From: Amphiscolops sp. MND2022
Taxonomy: Eukaryota
Length of the DNA: 64,000 bases
Assembly (NCBI GenBank): GCA_964187785.1
Contig: OZ076409.1
Coordinates: forward strand, 34,226,001 to 34,290,000
Direction: 5' to 3'
The translations under genes and the position numbers were made by a program. Each line of letters begins with the position of its first letter. Position 1 is the stretch's first letter. Below the pieces are notes generated by a model. It saw only the letters and a program-made list of their open reading frames with translations, searched no databases and was not told the origin of the DNA. Of this stretch, positions 25,530-37,091 are shown piece by piece.

Positions 25530-26560
25530 TGGTGACAAGAGTCCTCAATGACTCCACAAATATGGGGAAAAAGAAAACACGACCACACCGCCCACAAAGC
25601 CTGCCACCCAACGAACGAACCACGACATCAAGACTACTATTCGCCCCCCAGCCGGAAATCCATCCACCACCTCAACCTCCTTCAATGCCAAAAGCCCTCA
25701 CCGCATCTCTGCCTGTGTTTGATGGTAAGTCCGAAAAATTCGAACTTTTCGAGGACTTATTTCGAAACAACATAAAAATGTATCCACATCTAACAGAAAT
25801 CCAAACAATCAACTACTTCCACTCGCTACTACGAGGCAATGCACTACAAGCATATTGCAACTTAGACGATGCCAAAAAAGATAACTTAGAGGAGGTAATT
25901 ACGGCGTTCAAACGGCGCTTCGGAGATTTTCAATCTTCGGCCAAAGCGAGATGCGAATGGGACTCGCTACATTTTGACCCAACCAAGCAAAAGTTACATG
26001 AATTTTTGGACACACTGCAAAAAACAGCTAAAGAAGCGTTTGGCTCAGAAGCACAAAAATTCATAGACAAGGCCATATACGCCAAAATGCCGGACCACGT
26101 CAAAAAGATTCTCGACCGAGCCTACCTCGAGGACAAACCTTATAACGACATTGTCCTACATCTTGAACGAGAGATGCGCCTTAATGGTCTGGGAACCCCA
26201 GACGAAACCACGCTAGTACCACTCAATACAGTCGACGTCGTCCCACCGGAATCAAAAAAGGAACTCACCAATCGAGGAAGCTGCTTCCACTGCGGCAAAC
26301 AGGGACATTATAAAGCACAATGCCGCAAACTACGAAAAGATCGCTACTACGAAACTAAAGCACAGAACGGCATTCCCAATACCAATGAACCACCCAAACC
26401 AAAGTGTGACGCTTGTGGAAAACTCCACAAAACTGAGAACTGCTGGTACGGAGCTAACGCGGCGAATGACCCTAGGAAGAAACGACACGAGTTCGCCATA
26501 CCCACAAACCAAATCAGCGAACAACAAATCCCTTCTATTGAAATCCAGCCAAAAAACTAA
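25148..26560 (+). CDS. Element 2 gag, starting inside the 5' LTR; TAG at 25325-25327 in this LTR copy (TCT in the 3' LTR)
   Basis: MTTRSQKRK... at 25148 is in frame with the 25364-26560 ORF; capsid-like LPVFDGKSEKFELFEDLF; knuckles CFHCGKQGHYKAQC and CDACGKLHKTENC. Confidence 0.88.
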
Positions 26561-29500
26561 GAACGCCGCGCCTCCGCTTCGGGGAAACGGTAGACGCAAG
26601 GGCGTACACAATAGAAGACCCCCCAATAGGTATGAAGAAGACTTCCTCACAGAATGCAATGAGGAACCCACCCAAGACTGGCAACGTCGTTGGAACGTAG
26701 GCATGATACTCAGACACAATGCCCGACACCCAGAGGACCCAACACCACTACCGCAATGGATAACAGAATCACCCGATAACTACGCGACACTAAAAAGACC
26801 TCTACCAGAATCAAGGACCGAACGCATTTACATATATGATAGAGACTATAGATGTGACCCCTGGGACGAACCAGCCATCTATGACACAAACAAACTCTCT
26901 TTCAAAATACAAGTTTCAAATCCTCAAGCCCAATGCACTGAGAGTACAACCTTACCATCACCACCGTCACCAATCTTAAAAAAGACAACACAGTCCTCGA
27001 CAATACCCGTCACCACCACGCCCACACCAATAGATGCAGAGAACATCATCTGCATCGAGGATAAAACAATATGGACACAACAAGCAAAAGAACAACGTGG
27101 GGCAGCCAATCAAACAGTATCACCCCCAACAACAACACCCGAATTGCCAACTCAGGACAACAATCATGCAGACGACGAAGTAACGGAAAGCCCACAACAA
27201 CTGCCATATGATCTCAATATCATAAAAGAATTCATACAACATGATAAAGACGACGACTACATTCCGTTAATGTCAGCAATTACCCTCAAAAAGAAGAAAA
27301 GAATGCTCTTTATTCCTCTTGACTTTGAAAATACTAGAATTGATGCATTAGTTGACTCGGGAGCCTACATCAACGTCCTCAGCGAAAGAGACACAGACAA
27401 GATACAAAATGAAGCCAAAGCAACCAAAATCGCGATAGCACCTCCGCCCCCTTTCAAGATACAATATGCCAACACCGAACTTGAAAATGCCCGCGCGACA
27501 CATACAATGCAGTTCAAAATCGGTGACTACGCGTTCGAAGAGACTTTCATCATCATGACCAAAACATCTTACCAAATCATCGGCCTGGCATTCCTCCGGA
27601 AGCACTCCGCAATACTAGATACTGCACAAGGGACAATAGACTTTCCTAAAATACAAATCACTCTAGCCCTAAAAGATGAAAGACAAAAGTGCAACCCCAA
27701 ACCCATCACTATCAAAACGGAAGAAAAACACACCATACCAGCCCAAGCCACGCGGATCATCCACGCTTCCATCACTACAAGTAATGACCACCCAATAACT
27801 GGGACAGTCCAACCTCTACCACAGTTCGACGAAAATGCAAAACTCAAAGTAGCCCCAGCAATAACAAACGAGTCGCGATAAAAATAGCGAACACCACAGA
27901 CTTCCCCTATACAGTAACGCCACATACGAAACTAGCAGAATTACAAATACTGAAACCTGAAGAAACGAAATTGATACGAGCAGTAGATATAGCAGCCCTC
28001 AATCTACTCACCGAACACGACGACGTTGTTGCGTATGCTAATGCATTGATGCAAGTTGATTCGTCAGAACAAACAGAAGAGAAATTCTGGTTCCCAACTC
28101 CCGAAAATCCCGGAGATGAATCGGAACACACACCCATCCAACAACGCATTCTACGAGAACTACGCGAACTACAAAGATTAGAAGAACTGGATCCTAAACA
28201 AGACGAAAAATCCAGAACACAATTCCTTTCGCTATTCAAATGGAATGACTCGCTAATAACGGGGGAAGACCGTGAAAACCTAGAGTCCACCCTAGTCGAA
28301 TTCAATGACATCTTTGCACGTCACCGACTAGACATCGGAATGCACAACCAGTTCAAAGTATGCCTAACCCCTAAAAACGACAAACCGGTATATACACAGA
28401 GTCTCCCCGTACCCATCAACCTCAAAGACGACCTCACAGTAGAATTAGCGCTGATGCACAAATATGGGATCATCACAACTCTCCCATTCTCAAAGTATGC
28501 CAGCCCCATCTTCGCGCAACGCAAACCTAACGGCAAATTGCGGCTCCTAGTGGACTTACGGAAGATCAACGCCCTCATCTCAGATGACTACATAAACAAT
28601 AACCACCCCATCAGCACCCTCTCAGACGCCGCACAACACCTAGCGGGGAAACAGCTGTTCTGCAAACTAGACTGCTCACAAGCCTATCACTGCCTCCAAA
28701 TGGCAGATCAAAGGTCAGTAGAACTCCTTGCATTTAATTTTGCTAGTAGAACGTTTGCCTATCGCAGGCTAGCCCAAGGACTTAGTAGAGCCTTGTCGGC
28801 CTTTTCGAGCTTCATGCGGGAATACCTCGACACCGTCATCAAAGCCGACCAGTGTGCCCAATATGTGGACGACATCGGGATTGCCGCCAACACAACGGAA
28901 CAACTCATCAAGAACATCAGAGCAGTCTTCAAATGCATCCGCAAAGCCGGACTAAAACTCACAATTGAAAAATGCCACTTTGGCGTCACCCAAATCGAAT
29001 TCCTGGGAAGAACCATCACACCCCACGGAGTAGCACCGCAAGATCACAAAATCACCAATTTTTTGTCAAAAATCAGATTTCCCCGATCAAAGAAACAAGT
29101 CCAGAAATACATTGGATTTATCAACTACTACAGAAACTACATACCGAGACTGTCTGAAAAGATGATTGGAATGTATGAACTCCTAAAAGCAGATGCAAAA
29201 ATCACCATATCAGAAGAACTAGTCGACAACTTCAAAGCCATCAACGCAAGCCTAGCGGAAGCATGTGGACTAGCCCTCAGACAACCAGTTGCGGGAAAAC
29301 AATACGTACTTATGACGGACGCAAGTTTCCGAGCATCAGGACATGCCCTAATGATAGAAGAAAACGATAACAAAAAGCTACTCTCCTAACGGAAAACTTT
29401 CGCACCGGTCGCTTTTGGCTCCCGCGTATTTTCTCCGTCACAGCTGAAAATGTCAATATACTGTAAAGAGTTCCTCGCCATTTACCATGCATTCTTAGAA

Positions 29501-31752
29501 TACAGTCATATCTTATGGGAAACGACACTACCAACTCTAGTCTTAAAGGACAATAGATCAGTAACAAAGTTTTTCCAAACAAAGACAAAGCCTATTGCGC
29601 TCTGGAATGCTTGTGACTATGTACTACAATTCAAATTCCGCATTATGCACGTAGCCGGGTCACAAAACACAGCTGCCGATTTCCTGTCTCGCCTAGAACT
29701 AACGCCAAAAGGAAAAGTTCAGCTCAAGCTACGAGACGACATTATAACGGCGCCCATCGAAGTCAACCTACAGTCCACAGATGTTGCTGACGAAGAACAA
29801 CTTTTTTCCTACCAGACGAGGAAGAAGAATCAGAACAAGAAACTTTTGCAAGAAAAGCTCTCAACAAACAACGAGCAGAGGACGAAAAAGAACAACAAAA
29901 CTTATCCACTGAAATAACAGAAGCAGTCCATATACCGCTCAATACGGCAGTCTACGCTTTTGGAGCAATCAAAGAAAACGCCCGAATACGCAACGAACAA
30001 GATGCAGATCCAATTCTGAAAGCACTAAAGCTACGTCTACTACACGAGGAATATGACAAACATGTCCTCAAAACTGAACCAAGAGGGAGAAACTTGCTAC
30101 GCCACGAAGAAAGAATAATAGTCAAAGATGGAGTTCTCATGCGCAAATATTACGGAGAAGATGGCACAATCACGCACCATCAAATCCTCTTCCCGAAACA
30201 CATAGACCCTGAACTCCTATCAACTCTGCACGGAAAAACCAACAAACATCCAGGAATAACAAAAATGATCCAAGAAAGCCGAACAAAATACTACTATCCG
30301 GGACTTGCTCGGAAAACTAGAGCCTGGGTAATCAACTGCCCTGACTGCATAGCCAACAAACGGATCGACACAAGACAAATACGCCCAAAAATGCTGAGCA
30401 ACACAGAATTTACCTTTGGCCCAGAGGATTGCTTAGAAGTTGACATTCTGCCAAATTTGCCTTCATCCAATGGATACAGGCACATCATAACAATGATGGA
30501 TGTTTTCTCTCAATACCTCTTCGCATACCCTACGCAAGACATGACAGCCAGAACAGTAGGCCGATGCATAATCGACGTAATGACACGCCATTGTTACCTG
30601 CCTACAATAATCCTCACTGACAAAGGATCACAATTCCGATCAGATGTTGTAAATCAGATAGCACAAACTCTTGACATACGAATTAGCCACGCATCAACGA
30701 AACATGCACAAACGATTGGAATACTTGAGAGAACCCACGCATCACTAAAAACGTCCTTAAAAATATCAACGGGAGAACGACGTTCAATGTGGCATAAATA
30801 TGTACAAATTGCAGTTATGAACTATAACACAAGCTACCACGAAAGCCTAGGCTGCGAACCGACAACAGTATTCCACGGACGCATCCCGTACAACATTCTG
30901 GACATCAAACTGGGACTCAAGCCAGAATGGAAGAAAGACGCCAACGAAGGTCTAACGGATGAATTACAAAAACATATCACCGAAATCCACCAGTCAGCCA
31001 AGGACAACCTCATGCAATCATATTTGAAGTATAAGCGATATTACGATAAAAAAGTGACAGCAACGCCATTGAAAATCAATGACTAATGCTACGTCCTAAA
31101 TCCGAAGGCTGATAACCAGTCAATGAAATGCGCTTTCAAAGATTGCATTTGGGCAGGGCCATATATAGTGGTCAAAGTCCTTTCCAATAACAATTACGTT
31201 GTAAGACGGACGGGAACAAGATACACGCAAACCCTCCATAGAATTCGCCTAAGGCTATACGCACCCAATCAACGAGTACCTGACGTAACAGTCAAAGTGG
31301 AAGATCAGCTTCCAGATCCTGAGGTTAAAACAACCCATGATGATTGGTACGCGCAAGCTTGGGAAACCGAAATCGGAGAAGTTCTGTTCGGAACCCCAAC
31401 GGAAAACAACACTGAAGAAGCTACTATCACGGAAGTACAAGCTGAAGACGGAAATACAACGGACCATGAAACAGTTATAACAACTGCAGATGAGAGTACA
31501 ACGATAGATAAAACATCCTCCGGAGATAATACGTCATTTAACTTAGACGTCAGCGAAAACCCTTTCATAATGAGCCCGCCGCCTACAGAAAGCCCCCCAA
31601 TACCACCTACACTGCCGCCTATAGTTGTTGGATACAATCCCAGAAAAACAGGAAGATATAACTTACGTCCTAATCCTAAACCTAACGCACACCCCGACTT
31701 TAGGATGCTGGACGCAATCATCACGGAAGAGAATTCTCAAACTCAAAATTAG
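26551..31752 (+). pseudogene. Element 2 pol (PR, RT, RNase H, integrase), disrupted
   Basis: ALVDSGA, YVDDIG, MTDAS, H...H...CPDC, EVDIL/TDKGSQF/ERTH, WAGPY. Lesions: probable 1-nt loss at 26619-26624, frameshifts at ~27870 and ~29806, TAA at 29387 and 31084. Confidence 0.95.
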
Positions 31753-31930
31753 ATAAAAACGATCAGAGAACCAAACCGAACCGGGATGGCTATGTTAATT
31801 TGGTTCCTCCTTATTACACTAAAACTACAAAAATACACAAAAAAAGAATACGATTCTCAAGCAGTCTCTATACATCAACAACAAAACTGCAAAAGCCAAC
31901 AATCAGAATAAATCATACAAACACAGAGTG

Positions 31931-34900
31931 CTACAATTTCTTCAGCTTATGAAAGATTTCCGGATCCTCATCGGTACTGTCTTTTACCTTCTTAGGCTTC
32001 TTCTTATTTTTCTTCTGGGGACTAGTACACGTAGTAGCCTCTTTACTAGAACTTGACTTCCCAGTGGACACAGCACGTTGACTAGGGCCCTTCCCTTTTG
32101 CCGACACAGAAACATTGCCACCACTCGTTGCTGCCACAGACGTACCCTGCAATGCGCGGGCAAGACGATTACTCTTATTGAGATCAGAATAATAAGACTC
32201 GAAAGACTGACGGCGACCGTGTAAAAAGGTATCGTATAGGCCCTGATATCGGGACGCAAACGCCTCGGCAATTCCACTACAAAATTCCGTCCACAGATCA
32301 AAGTTCGGAGCCACGTAAAACACCCCAGCATCAGCAATTGCCTCTTCCACAGCGTCCAAAGTGGGATCAGTAAAAAAGCTTTTATGTGAATACCGAGGGC
32401 TCAACACATAACTCTGTACCAAGAGCAAACACTCGCGGAACTTCTGTTCAGATAATTTACTCGCGCTCAGGTCGAAAGTCACGACAGGATAATTCTCACG
32501 ATGCCTGCCTGTAATCAGCACACACAGTTTCAAAACTCGACAAGCATGCACACGAGCTTGAAAACCAAAATCGCGCAGCAGCCAACACACGATGTCAGGA
32601 ATCTCACTAGCCACCCCCATAGATGCCTCGTGATGAGAACGCCTCTCCACAACGTAACTACTGAACTCCTCTACCGCAGCTTTTGATTCATCGGACAATA
32701 GGGCCCCACAAGTTTCAAAGATCCGACAAAGATCCGAAAATAGGCGGAATACTAACTGTCCGTCACCTTCTAACAGTAGCTCTGGACAAAAGCTGTATAA
32801 CCCGCGAGACACTCGGGTTGATGCGCTGGGACTCTTCAAAATCACTACAATCAGTCGGTCAAGAAACTCCCGACAACGCACGCGGAACGTAGAGAACTCG
32901 CTTGTCTTTCCAGCCAGTAACTCACGCCCATAATCAGAACCAGCAAGAAAAGACTCCATGGCGATCGGAGGGAACTCGGCAACCTTCTCTACATCCATAA
33001 ATTTCTCCCACTCATTCAAAGTAGGGAAGCTCTCAGTGCGCCGCGTCTTCAGTAGTAAACAATATACGAAGTCACACAATTCGCCATATCCGTGGAACCC
33101 GTAGTCACTCCGTCGCTGCAACAACTTTGCACAATTGATGTGAACTAAAACAGATCGAAATAGTCAGGTAGGCCATTACGCAAACCACTCGGAAACAACA
33201 GAAAATAAAACACAAAAACAGTACTCAAACAGTTGGAGACAAACAGTCACAACACGAAACAATCCAGCATGATATACTCACAAGTATCGAGAACCAGCCG
33301 CAACAAACCGAAACGATACGGCGTCATATTGTCCGCAATAATATGCCAGTCTGTCCCCTTCATCTAAAAACAATCACCTACTATATCAGAGGAAAGTAAC
33401 AAGCATAGAAAAGCGACAAAAAAAGGGAGGAAAAAGGGGGAGAAGGGGAAAGAAAGACACACGTGACAAATAAGAAGAAACAACTAACGGTATCAGCTAT
33501 CTCCTTAGCTTCGGGATGGCCTGTACATCGAACGAAAGGTTGTATTATTGGCCACAGATCAATAACGTCAGATAAAAATTGACGGTAATCAGCAAAGTCC
33601 ACGGAGCCCTGACGTACACATTTACGAAGAACAAATTTATCCTCCGTCCACTCCTCGTACAAGGCACTCTTGAGAAGATGAATTAAATACTCCACTAAAG
33701 TTACAATGCTGACCATTCCGAAAATATCTTTGTCAGCCTGCAACACACACTGGAGTAACGTCTCTTCATCAAAGGTTTGATGCACCACAAACCGACGTCC
33801 ATCAGCGCGATTGTCGTCCAGCACCCGGATCAAAGACGGACTAGCCCCGAGAATAGATATAGGCAACTAGCTTGCGCTCAAACTGCGAACAACTTTGGAC
33901 AAAGGCAACAATTCCGGTAGGGGTACAGCCTGATTCAAAGCTTCACAGCCAACACAAATCTTCTTGACATCCTTGTCGTCCCAATACACAACGTAGCAGC
34001 GCTCATCCCCACACTCCTTCTCAAATTGGACGCCATAGCTCCGGAAACTCATGAAGCTGCTACGCATAGAACGCAACACCCGCGGAGCAAGACCTCGGCA
34101 CAGAAACGACTAAAAAACGCACAGTCAAACTTACCTCTGAAAAAACGGGACTTGCACTTCTGAGGAAAACACCTTACAAATAGGATGAGGGGACACGTTA
34201 GAGAAAATTAGAAAAGAAAAAGAACCCTACATAAAATACTAACCACGGTCTCGGAACGACTCCAATTTAAAGCAAACTGTGGCTCTTGCTCCTCGCTCAA
34301 CGACGCAAGAAAGTGGCTCCACAATCGACGAAGCAACAGGAAATCGCCTCCACTACGTAACAGCTCGCACAGACAGCCCACCAAAGTCATGAAAGGCACT
34401 TTCGAACCAACCCGAGAGTGTTTCGGCAAGAGTTCTTCAGGGAATGGGTATCCCTCACTAAGGTCTTCAAAAGGCCGCGATTGATACTCCGCTAATTGAC
34501 TGGCAGACAGCTCCATTGGCTCCATAAAACTGTTCAACACTGGTAACTTCATGTGTACACGATAAGTCACATCCTTGAACCAGTGACTGTCGGACTGGAA
34601 GTGGCGAGCAAATTCATCAGAGCCGTGAGCCTTTATACCGACATCTCGGCGACAAACGCGACAGAAGAAAAACTTGCCGTTACCACTCCGAGGCCCCGAC
34701 ACAAAATCGGGGAACGCTGGATGGAGATTTAGCATCCGTCGATGAAGGTAATTGCGGCTGCTGTATTTCTTCTCCTTAGGCCGTTTAGACAGCCGGTCCC
34801 CCATCTTCTCAACAAAATCGTCAAGACCTAGAAGAAACACCAACAACCATTGAGTAAACCATCACATGCAACAAAGTATTACCACCAAGACAAAAAAAAG

Positions 34901-35863
34901 AAGAAAGAACCAACCGATCTGAAGCCGAGTCTCCACCTGGCCCGCAAGCTGACGCCCAAATTCCAAAATATCCTGCGGACTGAGAGCAGTACCACCAGTA
35001 AGAAGCAGAAGCTCTGGCTCATCTTGACCTGAACAAAATAACACCAAATACCCCCTAATATCAAACACAGAAGATAATGATTATCGTCAAAGAAAAACAC
35101 TGACTAATCCATCCAGGAGCACGGGTCAAAAGTGGAGGCGGAGGAACAATCTTTTTAGCACGCTTAGGCGGGGTCGCAAAATTGACTGACGTCCTACGGG
35201 CAGCACTCGGTTCACCTGCCCAACAAAACACAAACAAGATTTATAAATAACACCACAGAGTCGCTTATTCTAGTCATTCAAAATTACAGACCCTTCTTCG
35301 CAATTTGGATGAGGGGGGCATCAGTCTCACCTCCTTGAGACTCACTATCTGAACCATCAGGAGGGGAAGGAACAGGATCGGGGACATGGGGTTGCCTCTC
35401 ATCAGGATCAACGCCGGCACTCGCTGGATCTTCAGCGGAACATGAAAGGAAAAGTCCAGATGAAGGCCCAGATCCAGACGCACTAAGCGCGGAAGTCAAC
35501 ATATCATTGACAGAAGCACGAACAGTCAGAATGGTTGAAACCGGAGGCAACACGGAAGAACTGGAAACAACTACTGCCGCGGAAGTGACACAAGTATTAG
35601 CGGCTGAAGTTGAGACAGGTTGAGGTACTGAAAATCAAGATCTGGTTTGACGCGTCAGAGTTACGGGTAAGACTACAAAAAGGCTGATCACCAAAAACAA
35701 GATCCAATTACCCATGGAAGTCAGAAAGATTTTACCAACCTGCTCTAGCACGAACAAATTCTGTCTCCGATTGCACATCGTCATCGGTGTAATTAAATGT
35801 TGTTTCATTCCCACTAAGGAAACCAACAGAAGGCACATGAGGGGAATTACCTTCATTCTCCAT
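31931..35863 (-). CDS. Spliced antisense accessory gene in element 2, ~1061 codons, BED-like zinc finger; coding exons 35863-35740, 35627-35292, 35215-35105, 35028-34915, 34827-34244, 34109-33489, 33363-33282, 33144-31931; one in-frame TAG at 33869-33867
   Basis: Seven introns of 76-137 bp, all GTnnGT...YAG with mostly T-rich tracts and all phase-compatible (exon sum 3186 nt); joins six minus-strand ORFs of the track into one frame; CRVC-x16-H-x5-H motif and NLS-like PPKRAKK. Confidence 0.85.
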
Positions 35864-35899
35864 CGCGGGCAAGCAGCGGAAGAAATCTTCAAAACGATC

Positions 35900-36356
35900 T
35901 AAAACAAGAAAAGAACAATTAGGAAGATACAGTCAAAAGAAAAAAAAACAATCTGAATTTTTCAGAAACGTCTAAGCTTAAGGAAAACGTTAACGGAAGA
36001 TTAACGAAATACAAATTGGTCAAATCAAGGAAGAAATACTAAGAAAGAAGAAACAATTTGCATGCCATGACGTCACACAAACGATATCCCTTCGGGAAGA
36101 AATTGATGACGCCATAACGAAATCCAAATTTAGAAACTTCATCTCAACGGTTCAGCCAATCACAGAGCAGATGGAAGTGAAACGCTTTCCGAAGATGAAA
36201 CGAAACGGAATAAGAAGAAAAATATCAGCCAATAGGAATACAGGAAAAACACGAATAGAAGAAAATTGACCTCTTCATTTACCGTACAATAAGCGTAAAG
36301 AAAAGTTTGTCCAGAATTAATTCTTCAAGTCTCAGACAGGAATTGCTAAAAGAAAA
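35900..36356. promoter_or_regulatory. Candidate internal bidirectional promoter between two divergent accessory ORFs
   Basis: TGACGTCA at 36068-36075, CCAAT at 36156 and 36229; lies between the start codons at 35863 (-) and 36357 (+). Confidence 0.4.
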
Positions 36357-37091
36357 ATGGACAACTATGCCCTTGTCATCGACATCTCATCGGACGAAGA
36401 AGAACAAAGGACTATGGCGAGGCAAAGCACCCCAATTAAAATAGCTCCCGTCAACGTAATAACTACGTTAGACCTGTCCGGATCTTCACTAGAAGCTACC
36501 AAAGGGAGCGCTGAAGAAGTGATGTCCTCCATCAATGAACATAACTTATCAAATATATCTGCCTCAACGTTTGAGACAATAGGCTCCCCCAGAAAAATAA
36601 CATTCGGAACGTCAAGCCCCGGAGAAGTTTTTACAGTGGAGGGACAAGCCGCTGAAAATTCGGAAGAGAGCTATTATGAAGAACCTGATACCCCGCGGCA
36701 GTTACCCCCACCGCAAAGTGCACCGGTCCTACAAGACGTGACTAATCGCCAACACTCGTCAAACGAACCACCTACGAAAATTGATCGTCTAGATGATCTA
36801 ATGGAGCCTCATATAAATGAGATAGAAGAGTCCTACGGAATCAGTTTGCAGGACAGCCCGAAGTACAGCCCGCTGTGTGGTCGCGGAACCCGCTACACGT
36901 CTGCCAAGTTAACAAGAATGCAAAAACAGCCCGTGCTTATCACTAGAGAAATCCCACATTGCCCCAGACCTTGGTCAACAGGCTATAGAGGCGCCCTGTC
37001 ACGACCCGCTCCCGGTCGGGATTTTTCCTGTTGCGGGGGAATACCGAAATTTGCAAGAGGACGAGGACATGGCAGAACCACACACAACTAG
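36357..37091 (+). CDS. Accessory sense ORF of element 2 (244 aa, acidic, Ser/Pro-rich, unknown function); ends 95 nt inside the 3' LTR
   Basis: Uninterrupted ORF with AAAAATGG start context; N-terminal VIDISSDEEE; no recognised domain. Confidence 0.6.
   Translation: MDNYALVIDISSDEEEQRTMARQSTPIKIAPVNVITTLDLSGSSLEATKGSAEEVMSSINEHNLSNISASTFETIGSPRKITFGTSSPGEVFTVEGQAAENSEESYYEEPDTPRQLPPPQSAPVLQDVTNRQHSSNEPPTKIDRLDDLMEPHINEIEESYGISLQDSPKYSPLCGRGTRYTSAKLTRMQKQPVLITREIPHCPRPWSTGYRGALSRPAPGRDFSCCGGIPKFARGRGHGRTTHN

Noticed and set aside
33867..33869. Recoded TAG in the antisense gene
   Set aside because: The element has several other nonsense lesions; no evidence for recoding
34130..34145. 2-nt microexon (TTTTCAG-AG-GTAAGT) in the antisense gene
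   Set aside because: It would leave a ~25-nt intron and break the frame; the flanking exons already join in phase 0
35635..35892. 85-aa ORF as the first exon of the antisense gene
   Set aside because: Wrong frame for the downstream exons; the alternative acceptor at 35673 leads to a stop
36357..37091. Retroviral env gene
   Set aside because: No signal peptide, TM segment or furin-type site; low-complexity acidic protein
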